From positions 2,981,784 through 3,013,783 of the forward strand of contig OZ250172.1 in assembly GCA_965237905.1 (NCBI GenBank): a DNA stretch of 32,000 bases. The letters run 5' to 3'. This stretch comes from Nitrospinaceae bacterium (GTDB lineage Bacteria > Nitrospinota > Nitrospinia > Nitrospinales > Nitrospinaceae). Position numbers and translations under genes: made by a program. This document shows, in pieces, positions 17,008-25,600 of the stretch. How positions within the stretch are numbered: position 1 is the stretch's first letter; each line of letters opens with the position of its first letter. The notes beneath the pieces are model-generated. The model searched no databases. It saw nothing but the letters and a program-made list of their open reading frames with translations, and was not told the DNA's origin.

Positions 17008-18939
17008 ATGAAACTGTATAGCCGCTGGCTGTCCACCGGCTTGCTGTTGGCCAGCTTGATTCTCGCACAAGGGAACCTACAGGCGGCCCCGCCACTTAAA
17101 GAACAGGCTATCGTACGCATTGCCGCCACCCTCCACGACGGCACAGTCGAACAGGGCACAGGATTCATAGCATCCCAAGACGGGCTTGTGGCAACGGCTT
17201 ATCACGTGATACATGGGGCGAGGAAGATTGATATCTTCGCAGGCGGCAAGCCTCACGAAAATGTCACCGTTGTCGCGGTGCGCCCGCTGACCGATCTGGC
17301 CCTGCTCAGAATTCCGGTGCAGACCGCCGGCACATATTATCCGCTCGCTGCTTCACCTTCCATGGGAACACCCGGCGACGAACTCTATGTGCAAGGAATG
17401 GCACTCGGATTTCCACACCAAACCCTGATCGGGCATCGTACGCAGAAAGGCTATCTCGTTTCACAGTTATGGACTCTAGGCTCAAAAGACAGCATTTTCT
17501 TGAGCACGAATCTTAGACTCTTACCCATTGATATCACCGCCGAACCGGGACTGAGCGGAGGCCCTGTGGTCGACCATTCCGGTAATGTCGTGGCTGTGTT
17601 CTCAGGCAGCTTGCGCCGTGGGCGCGGTTATTCCTGGGCGATACCCGTGGATTATCTGTCTTTAAAAGATATGACACTGCTAAATAGCCGGGCTGGACAA
17701 ATAACCTGGGGACAATTTCGCTTCATCCGGGCAGGGCTGAATTTCCTCCGGGCACTCGCAGTTCCCGGAACCCAACAACTCTGGCAGAGATGCCGGATGC
17801 AGGCCAACAAGCTCTCCTCTAACTGGGAAGAGTTTTATACAACCATGGTTCAACTTAACGTGCCCTTAATGCTCTACAAACCGGTGTTTGAATCGACACG
17901 GCGCAACCTCACACGGAAGAACGCCAAGCAACATAAACTACGTTTGAAGACAGCGTTCAATACAATTTTAGAGAGTCTGGTGAAGACAGAGCCCCCAAAC
18001 CAGGCGTTTCAGAAGTCGCTAAGCGGGATGCCGGCGATTTGTTTTGGCGAAGCCATGCTGCGTAGTCTCCCCGCAGGAACGACGCCGGCAACCTATCGGA
18101 ACCTCCTAACCTCCATGCGTTTCGGTAGACGCGTTGATGAGATCAACACCCATTTCACAGCAGTCGAAAGCGAATATCAGGTGTTGGAACGCAGGTTGAC
18201 ACCCATCATGGAAAAATTGCTCGATCATAGTGCCAGGCTTGACCAAAACCTCAGCGACTACAACCTGGTACTCGAACTCATTGAATTCAGGAATACAATC
18301 GAAGACGTGGCCAAGCAGGCAACCTCCATCGAACAGTTACGCATAATTGGACATCTCGTCAACAGCGGGCTGGAGAGTGCAGAATTTCTACAGCGTGTGG
18401 CAATACAAACCTGGGAGGGTAAACATCTTAAATACGACCAAATGGAGAGAGGTTTCCAGGCAACCCTCACAGACGGCTGGCTGCCCTTCGATACAACCCT
18501 GCGCCAAGCTGTTATACGCCCCGGTGCGTCAATGCCGCAAAGCGTAGATGCCATCTACTTCGGCACCATCGACGACCATCTGCCACGTGCCATAGCTAAA
18601 TTAAGTAATAAACACACCAACTCCACGCCATCGACCAACGCGAGCGCCTCGCAACTTGTCCCTTACTGGCAGGAGCTGGATCGTCAGATGAACGCCTATG
18701 CCCTCCGGGAGAGACTGCTTCTACGGGACAGAAAAAAAACCCGAGCCAAGTTGCACGGGGATCTGGTGCTGGAGATTACCGCAGCCAGCCAAGTAAAAGG
18801 CAAGAACATCACCGTTTACGTGGGACAGCGGTTTCACAATCGAAAGGTGGCGCAAATTTCTTGCTCAGTACTCCGCACGAACCTCGACAATCACAAACTT
18901 TGCTGGAAACTGATCGAAAATATTAAATTCCTGAATTAA
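17008..18939 (+). CDS. Secreted trypsin-like (S1 / Trypsin_2) serine protease with a ~400-aa uncharacterised C-terminal region
   Basis: Start is the ATG at 17008, with GGAG 7 nt upstream. Signal peptide MKLYSRWLSTGLLLASLILAQGNLQA. Catalytic triad context: TAYHVI, TDLALLRI, EPGLSGGPVVD. Residues ~230-643 carry no motif I recognise. Confidence 0.8.
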   Translation: MKLYSRWLSTGLLLASLILAQGNLQAAPPLKEQAIVRIAATLHDGTVEQGTGFIASQDGLVATAYHVIHGARKIDIFAGGKPHENVTVVAVRPLTDLALLRIPVQTAGTYYPLAASPSMGTPGDELYVQGMALGFPHQTLIGHRTQKGYLVSQLWTLGSKDSIFLSTNLRLLPIDITAEPGLSGGPVVDHSGNVVAVFSGSLRRGRGYSWAIPVDYLSLKDMTLLNSRAGQITWGQFRFIRAGLNFLRALAVPGTQQLWQRCRMQANKLSSNWEEFYTTMVQLNVPLMLYKPVFESTRRNLTRKNAKQHKLRLKTAFNTILESLVKTEPPNQAFQKSLSGMPAICFGEAMLRSLPAGTTPATYRNLLTSMRFGRRVDEINTHFTAVESEYQVLERRLTPIMEKLLDHSARLDQNLSDYNLVLELIEFRNTIEDVAKQATSIEQLRIIGHLVNSGLESAEFLQRVAIQTWEGKHLKYDQMERGFQATLTDGWLPFDTTLRQAVIRPGASMPQSVDAIYFGTIDDHLPRAIAKLSNKHTNSTPSTNASASQLVPYWQELDRQMNAYALRERLLLRDRKKTRAKLHGDLVLEITAASQVKGKNITVYVGQRFHNRKVAQISCSVLRTNLDNHKLCWKLIENIKFLN

Positions 18940-18971
18940 ACGTACAAGGAGACTTTGGGAATACTGACTCG

Positions 18972-19060
18972 TCACGCTGGGCGGTGGAGGCCGCACTCTT
19001 TGTGGTCGGGGTTTCCCCACCACCAGCGTCCAGTCGGCTATCAGGTTGACCTTTATCAAG
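18972..19060 (-). pseudogene. Decayed remnant of the cysH 3' end with an internal 134-bp deletion
   Basis: 18983-19028 aligns to 19908-19953 with 3 mismatches. 19029-19060 aligns to 20088-20119 with 5 mismatches. The junction falls on CCAGCG, which is present at both deletion edges in intact cysH. Confidence 0.75.
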
Positions 19061-19073
19061 TAGGTCAGTTAGG

Positions 19074-19871
19074 CTAAGGAAGTTGATGGGTCAATACTTT
19101 TTGTGCCGGATCTTGTCGATAGAAATCCTGTAAAACCTGATAAAGTTTTGGATGATGGTGTTTCATGTTTTCGGGATTACTAAAGAAATTTTCAGTCACC
19201 ACCGCGAAAAACTCAGCTTCATTGGTTGCCGCATAACTGTCAAAAAAAGTTGGCTGACCGTCTTCCACCTTGTCGCATAGCTCAAAATACTCTTGGGAAC
19301 ATACTTCACTCCACTGCTGATATTCCTCAGGAGTTGCTAGTGGCGGGGTGCCGTCTGCACTGCCATCGAGCATGTCCAGTTTATGAGCGAATTCGTGATA
19401 GACAACATTATGACCGTGTTCCGGATGCCGGGTTTCTCTTTTTACCGCATCCCAGACGAGTATCACCGGGCCACCACGATGGTGGGCTTCGCCGAGAATG
19501 GGCATCGGGCCCCGCGCTGGGGCAGTGCTAACGTCAAAAAAACCGAGTGGTCTCTCAGGAGACAAGACGGTTGAAGGATACACATAAATGGATTCCACAT
19601 TGTGGTAATAATCGTTTGGCAACGCGAGTATCAGCAGGCACGCATGGGCGGCGATCATGACGCGAATTTCATCCGTCAATTCGAGGCCATCGCACCCCAA
19701 CCAGTGCTTTTCGGCAATAAAGATTTGGATAAGGTCCTGCAAACGCTTTTTTTCTTCATTGTTGAGGTGTTGGTAATATGGAATGTTATTTTGGATGTGC
19801 CTCTCCCACTCGCTTGGGAAAGGAACGGCCAGTATTTTTTTTCGCCGCCTCTCACGAAACCAATTCCACAT
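19074..19871 (-). CDS. mtfA: MtfA-like zinc metallopeptidase (M90 / DUF980 family)
   Basis: Start is the ATG at 19871, with AAGAGG upstream. MWNWFRERRRKKILAVPFPSEWERHIQNNIPYYQHL is an MtfA-type N-terminus, and HEFAH supplies the HExxH motif. The 341-aa ORF-track version overlaps cysH. Confidence 0.8.
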   Translation of the reverse strand: MWNWFRERRRKKILAVPFPSEWERHIQNNIPYYQHLNNEEKKRLQDLIQIFIAEKHWLGCDGLELTDEIRVMIAAHACLLILALPNDYYHNVESIYVYPSTVLSPERPLGFFDVSTAPARGPMPILGEAHHRGGPVILVWDAVKRETRHPEHGHNVVYHEFAHKLDMLDGSADGTPPLATPEEYQQWSEVCSQEYFELCDKVEDGQPTFFDSYAATNEAEFFAVVTENFFSNPENMKHHHPKLYQVLQDFYRQDPAQKVLTHQLP

Positions 19872-19896
19872 AAAATTTAACCTCTTTTGAGCTGAT

Positions 19897-20586
19897 TCAG
19901 GGGGCCTGGTGAAGGCCGCATTCTTTGTGGTCGGGGTTTTCCCACCACCAGCGGCCGGCGCGAATATCCTCTCCCGCTTCGATGGGTCGTGTGCAGGGGG
20001 CGCAGCCGATACTCGGATAGTTTTGTTTGTGGAGCGGGTTGACGGGAACCTTGTTCTTTTCGACATAGTCCTGAACCTGTTCCAGCGTCCAGTCGGCAAT
20101 CGGGTTGATCTTGATCAGGGGAGGGCGGTCAGCATCCTCACTCACCTTGGGAATGTCCGTGCGCGTGACGTTCTGATCCCTGCGGATACCGGTAATCCAT
20201 GCGTCCAGATTGGACAGCGCCCGCGTTAACGGTTCCACCTTGCGGATGGCGCAACATTCCTTCCGGTTCTCCAGGCTTTCCTTGAACGAGTGAAATCCCT
20301 TTTCGCGTTCCAGTCGTTCGACGTCTTCACTTTTAGGGAAATAGGATTGGATGGCAATGCCGTAGTGGCTTCGTGTCCGGTCCACGGTGAGGTAGGTTTC
20401 CTCGTGGAGCCGCCCGGTATCCAGGGTGAACACCGTAAACTGTTTGGTGATTTTGGACGCCATATCGATCAGCACCATATCCTCCAGGCCAAAACTCGAC
20501 GCTATTCCTACGCGGGTTCCAAACTGCTCAAAGGCCCACTCCAGGATTTCCTGGGGGGATTTCGATTCAAAACGGCTGTAATCCAT
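19897..20586 (-). CDS. cysH: Assimilatory APS/PAPS reductase (Fe-S type)
   Basis: The CC pair (KECCAIRKVEPL) plus SIGCAPCT indicate the Fe-S type, and the C-terminal catalytic motif ECGLH is present. I chose the ATG at 20586, with AGGAG 8 nt upstream; the ORF-track start at 20589 is a TTG. Confidence 0.9.
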   Translation of the reverse strand: MDYSRFESKSPQEILEWAFEQFGTRVGIASSFGLEDMVLIDMASKITKQFTVFTLDTGRLHEETYLTVDRTRSHYGIAIQSYFPKSEDVERLEREKGFHSFKESLENRKECCAIRKVEPLTRALSNLDAWITGIRRDQNVTRTDIPKVSEDADRPPLIKINPIADWTLEQVQDYVEKNKVPVNPLHKQNYPSIGCAPCTRPIEAGEDIRAGRWWWENPDHKECGLHQAP

Positions 20587-20608
20587 CAAAATGCTCCTGT
20601 AAAAACAG

Positions 20609-20644
20609 AGGAAGAATCCCCCCGGCCCCCTTTACAAGGGGGAG
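20609..20644. repeat. 36-bp exact repeat, copy 2
   Basis: Identical to 15344-15379. It lies 22 nt upstream of the cysH ATG on the minus strand. Confidence 0.9.
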
Positions 20645-20785
20645 ATTATAACCTTCTCTTCCCAAAATACGCATATTTGGAGGACTTTCATCCAAACTAC
20701 AAGTATTACACAACCCCGACCGGGGTCCAAGCGGCAGGAGCTTGTTTATCAACAAATAACCCCATTTGCAACCCGGATTTTTAGG

Positions 20786-20813
20786 TTGACAGGGGAGGGC
20801 TTTACGATATATA
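20786..20813 (+). promoter_or_regulatory. Candidate sigma70-type promoter upstream of htrA
   Basis: TTGACA (20786-20791), 16 nt, then TATATA (20808-20813), about 260-290 nt upstream of the htrA start. This is sequence resemblance only. Confidence 0.3.
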
Positions 20814-21070
20814 AGGTGGCTCCATGAGCCTTAAAAGGTGATTTTTAAGGGATTTTGGAAGGATCGATTGAATTCTATTTATTTGAAATAATGGGTTCTT
20901 TTTGAATTTTAATATTTCCGGTGAGGCCGATGAGGATTGCCGGTTAGATGTTGGTATTTTTTGGTTTTGCCCGGTGGAATCCAAGTGCTGGAGCCGTTGT
21001 TTCGGGGATGGGAGGATTCTTGGAGGCACCTTGATGAATAAGCGTGTTTTCAGTGACGGATTGACTTACA

Positions 21071-22474
21071 ATGCAGGCCAGAATCCTTTATAGAACCTCG
21101 ATTATGAATAACCGCTTGTTCTCAAAGTTTGTTTCAGCTTGGGTCTTCTGTTTATGCCTGGTGTTTGCATCCGGTATGAATGCAGGCCATTCGGCAAAGG
21201 GGCTAAAACTTCTCGAAGAAGTAGAGGAAGGTTTTGTCGGCCTGGCAGAACACACCTTGCCTTCGGTCGTTAATATTTCCCCTTACGTTCCGCCATCGCC
21301 ATCCGTACGTCGCCAAAGTGATCCTAATCGTTCCCGACCTACCAATGCCGGCGCAGGCGTCATCATTGACGGGGTGAATGGTTATATCGTGACCAACAGT
21401 CATGTGGTACGTCAGTCTCAAAAAGTGCAGATTCTTTTTTATAGTGGCGAGGAACGGGTCGGGCAGGTTTTGGGTGTCGACGAAGAGACAGACCTGGCGG
21501 TCATTAAGGTGGAATCATCCAAGCCATTACCCTCGGTTTCGCTAGGCGATTCCTCCAAGTTGAAAGTCGGACAGTTTGTTGTGGCGATAGGGAATCCCTA
21601 TGGCTTGCATGATACATTCAGTTTTGGAGTGATCAGCGGGCTGAACCGGGAAAATGTCAATATTTCCCGGTATGAGGACTTTATCCAGACGGATGCCTCC
21701 ATCAACCCCGGAAATAGTGGTGGACCCCTCCTGAATATTCGAGGGGAGGTTGTTGGGATCAATACCGCGATCATCAATTATGCCCAAAGCATTGGGTTCG
21801 CGATCCCGGCCAATATTGTTAAGAACGTCGCTCAACAGATCATTGAAAACGGATCGGTCAATCGAGGCTGGCTGGGTGTGGGTATCGAGTATCTCCCTGA
21901 AGATGTCGCTAAGAATGCCAACATCGGAAAAGGGGATGGGGTTTTGGTGAACTCGGTGTTTGAGAAACAACCTGCGCATCAGGCGGGAATCAAGGTCGGG
22001 GACATCATCCTGAAGATTGGCGGCGCCACGGTGAACTCTCCAAATTCCATGATTCGGCTTATTGGCAATGTTTCCCCCGGGCAGTTTATCAATCTGGATG
22101 TTCTCAGAAATGGCGAACATAAGACTTTTGCTGTCCGGCTGGCCCGGAAGGAAGAACCCAGACAGCAACTTGCCGCTTTGGGAAAAAAGGAGTCGCCTCA
22201 ATTGGGTTTGATTTGGGAGGATTTGAATGAAGCGGCTTCCCAAGCCCAGGAATCTGACCTTAAACAAGGGGTGCGGGTGATCCAGGTCCTTCCACACAGC
22301 GAAGCTGAAAAGGAAGGCATCCGGCAAGGGGACGTGATTACCGCGGTCAATGGGAAACAGATAGTCAGTAAAAAGGAGTTTGAGGATTTTCTCCAGAAGA
22401 GTTCCCATGAGAGAACTCTTTCCCTTTTGGTTGACCGGGACAACGTATCGATCCTATTTAATTTGAATAAATAA
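21071..22474 (+). CDS. htrA: HtrA/DegP-family periplasmic serine protease with two PDZ domains
   Basis: Catalytic triad context: TNSHVV, TDLAVIKV, GNSGGPLL. Two PDZ-like segments follow. The start is the ATG at 21071 or 21104; the latter gives the signal peptide MNNRLFSKFVSAWVFCLCLVFASG. Confidence 0.9.
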   Translation: MQARILYRTSIMNNRLFSKFVSAWVFCLCLVFASGMNAGHSAKGLKLLEEVEEGFVGLAEHTLPSVVNISPYVPPSPSVRRQSDPNRSRPTNAGAGVIIDGVNGYIVTNSHVVRQSQKVQILFYSGEERVGQVLGVDEETDLAVIKVESSKPLPSVSLGDSSKLKVGQFVVAIGNPYGLHDTFSFGVISGLNRENVNISRYEDFIQTDASINPGNSGGPLLNIRGEVVGINTAIINYAQSIGFAIPANIVKNVAQQIIENGSVNRGWLGVGIEYLPEDVAKNANIGKGDGVLVNSVFEKQPAHQAGIKVGDIILKIGGATVNSPNSMIRLIGNVSPGQFINLDVLRNGEHKTFAVRLARKEEPRQQLAALGKKESPQLGLIWEDLNEAASQAQESDLKQGVRVIQVLPHSEAEKEGIRQGDVITAVNGKQIVSKKEFEDFLQKSSHERTLSLLVDRDNVSILFNLNK

Positions 22475-22603
22475 AGTTAGTAATTAATCGAATTAATTTT
22501 GAAGAAACTTGGTTTTAACTTATTAAGGATGGAAAACGGTTTGGCAATGGCGGTTTTCCAATATCCGATCATTTTTTTACTAGAAAATTTCTAGGGAGGT
22601 TTT

Positions 22604-25600
22604 ATGGCTACAAGCAGAAATCACATTTTGCAGGTGTTGATCTTAATGGCGCTGACCGTTGTGTTGGGCCTGGGCACTGCATTCGCTTCTTCGAGTCACG
22701 AGGGCCATCACGGCTCTCCGGTAGACCGTCCGGTGTGGTTGGATAAACTGGAAAACCAGATCGACTACGAAGAGATGATGGAAGGCAAACAAGGCGATCA
22801 GGAACGCCTGAACAAGACCTACAGGGGTCTGATGGACCGCCTGAAGGGGAAATTGATGGAACATGCCAGCCCGGCTTCCACCGGTGGCGGGTTTCATAAT
22901 TCCTGGGCCGCCCATCAGCTTCAACAGGGTTATCTGCTTGGGCCAACGGAAGTCGCCGATCAGGTGTTCCGAGGCGCCCATTGTCCCGCCGGCGTTCCCA
23001 CCAAAATCTATGATATCTCCGCGATCAATGTTGAGATCACGCTCAACCAGTGGGGCGATTATTTTCCGGGCTACATGTACGTTCTGACCAAGAATATCCC
23101 AAAGGTCAGAGACGAAGAGAAACGCAATGCCAAAGCCCGTGCAGACGCGCTGGACCCCGGAGCTGTTACCAATGGATTGCAGGGCGATGCCATTCAACCA
23201 TTTGTGATCCGCGCTAACCAGGGCGAATGTGTTCGCATTAAATTTCATAACGCATTGGAAGATGAAGACGCCGGTTTTCAGATCAACGGTTCCGCCATGA
23301 TCATCAGCAAAACCGGTGCTCCCAACACCGCGGCTTCCAAAGGCTCCATTGTTCCCAGCGAAGAGTCCCAGGAATTTGAATGGTACATTCCGGTGGACGA
23401 GCAGGAAGGCGGTCACGTCATCGTCAGTCATGCCGGCCGCGATCCGCAGGCGTTGGGTCTGGTCGGTGTGTTTATTGTGGAACCGCGTGGTTCGAAGTAT
23501 CTCGATCCGTGGACGGGTCAGGGTTTGGAAAGCGGCTGGATGGTCATGATCGCCAACGATGACCAGAAGGATTTCCGTGAATTTGTCATAATCTATCATG
23601 AAGTGGGCGACGAATCCTTCCGTCCCTTGAACCGTCACGGCGAAATGATTCCCCAGCGCGATCCGCAGACCGATGCCTACCGGCCTTCGGCCCGGGCGAT
23701 AAACTTCCGCAGTGAGCCGTTCGGGATCAACAACCTGGCGGTGCAGGAGAAGATGTATCATTTCGAAGACGAGTCGCTGGCGTACAGTTCTTATACGTTC
23801 GGTGATGCGCCCACCACGATCCCCCGTTCCTACATGGGCGATCCGGCAAAGTTCCGCCTGATTCACGGCGGCGGCGAGGTGTTCCATTCGCACCATCCGC
23901 ATGGCGGAACCATTCGCTGGACGCGTTCTCCGAAACGGGAGCCGGGAATTGAAAACTTGATCACGGCGGCCTACGACGGTCCGGTGAAGTATCCGGTGGT
24001 TCGAACGACCACCGACCGCGTAGACGTGCAAGTTATCGGTCCGGCTGAAGCGATTGACCTCGAAACGGAATGCGGTTCCGGTCTGTGTCAGAAGCTGGCA
24101 GGTGATTTCCTATTCCATTGTCATGTCGCGCATCACTATGTCGCCGGCATGTGGGGCTACTGGCGCGTGTACAACACCATCCAAAATGGCAACTATCCGC
24201 ACGGCAGTACCGACATCATGCGGCCTTTGAAGGAGCTTCCGGACCGGAAAGGATATATTCCAAAAGGTGTCAGCTCCGACAAGCTGGTCGGCAAAACCAT
24301 GAACTGGTACGGCAAGAAGTTCAAGATTGTCGACAAAGGCAATAGTAAATGGAACCGGGATAATCCTATAGTTCACATCAAATCCTGGGTGAAGTATATG
24401 TTGCCGCCGAAAGGTCAGCCGGGTCACACGTCCGACGAGAAGAAGCAGATTCTTTCGTACGACGGCACGGTTTGGGATTACGCCTGGAAAGGTAACAGGG
24501 CGATGTCCGAACGGGAAATCAGCTTCCCGATGGCGAAGTTCAAAGCGCCGCATCCGGGCAAGCGTCATCCCCTCCAGTTCCACCCGACCAATGGCAAGCT
24601 GGCATGGCCTCACATGACGCCGCATTTTGGCAAACGGGTTCCGTTTGCGCGTCATCATGGTGGTGCTCCCTGGCTGGAGCCGTTTCACTTGCTGCCGGAT
24701 CCTGGAATCATTACGAAGACCGAGTCCGGCAGTGGGCGTTCCAATGCCCGCATGGAGAATTCCTCTCCCGCCAAACCCGGTGCGCATGGTCGTTGGAGTT
24801 TATGTCCAGCAGGTGCGGGTCGGAAGCAGTACAACCTGCATTTCATCAACACACCGATTCAATTGTCGGGGGCTTATGGCAAGACCAAGCCGGTTATAGA
24901 CAAGTACGGTCTGATTTACGTGATCGACGAGGATATGAAGGCGGTCAAGAAGGACCCAAAAAAGGCCTTGCCTCTGGTCATTCGCGCCAATGTCTATGAC
25001 TGTGTCGATGTGTTGTTGACGAGTGAATGGAATGACGATGATTTCACGAACTTCCAGATGTCGAAGATCAATATTCATCCTCATTTTTTCCAGTTCGATA
25101 ACCAATCGTCGGATGGCGTCATCACTGGTTTCTCTTATGACCAGTCGATGCGTTCCTACCGGCAGTTCGATAAAAAGATGAAGAAGGGCCATCATGTAGG
25201 CATGCCGGTTCCGATGAACGCGAAAGTGTTGAGCAACACCAAGCGTGGGTCGAAAACGGTCAAGCTCAAGATGGCTCATCATGCAACGCCGTTCCATGTA
25301 GGTGCCGATATCATAGTTGGTATTGAGCGGCCCAATGGTAAGGATGCGCGTTGGGTCAAGTCGATGAAACCGGCTCCCGGCAAAGCGAAGGACGGGGTGT
25401 ACACGATCACCTTTACCGAGGGCATGACCCATGCTCATAAGAAGGGCGAAATCGTGAGCGCTGAGTTCGTTCGTTATCGCTGGTGGGTGGATGCGGATGT
25501 CGGGCTGGTGTTCTGGCACGATCATGCATTCGGCGCGACCACCTGGCCGCACGGCGGTATCGGTTCGACTATCGTTGAGCCCTGGGGATCGACTTATCAT

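Noticed and set aside
19872-20099. 76-codon N-terminal extension of the MtfA ORF overlapping cysH.
   Set aside because: The MtfA-type N-terminus (MWNWFRERRRK) starts at the ATG at 19871, which has its own ribosome-binding site. The extension is Arg/Pro-rich antisense-like sequence inside cysH.
21542-22408. 288-aa minus-strand ORF overlapping htrA.
   Set aside because: It lies antisense to a gene with an unambiguous HtrA catalytic triad and PDZ domains, and it has no motif or ribosome-binding site.
22580-22594. AT-rich palindrome ctagaaa-a-tttctag immediately upstream of the oxidase ribosome-binding site, considered as a possible operator.
   Set aside because: With 7-bp arms, about 2 such palindromes are expected by chance per 32 kb at a given spacing. 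The position is suggestive, but the evidence is too weak to call.
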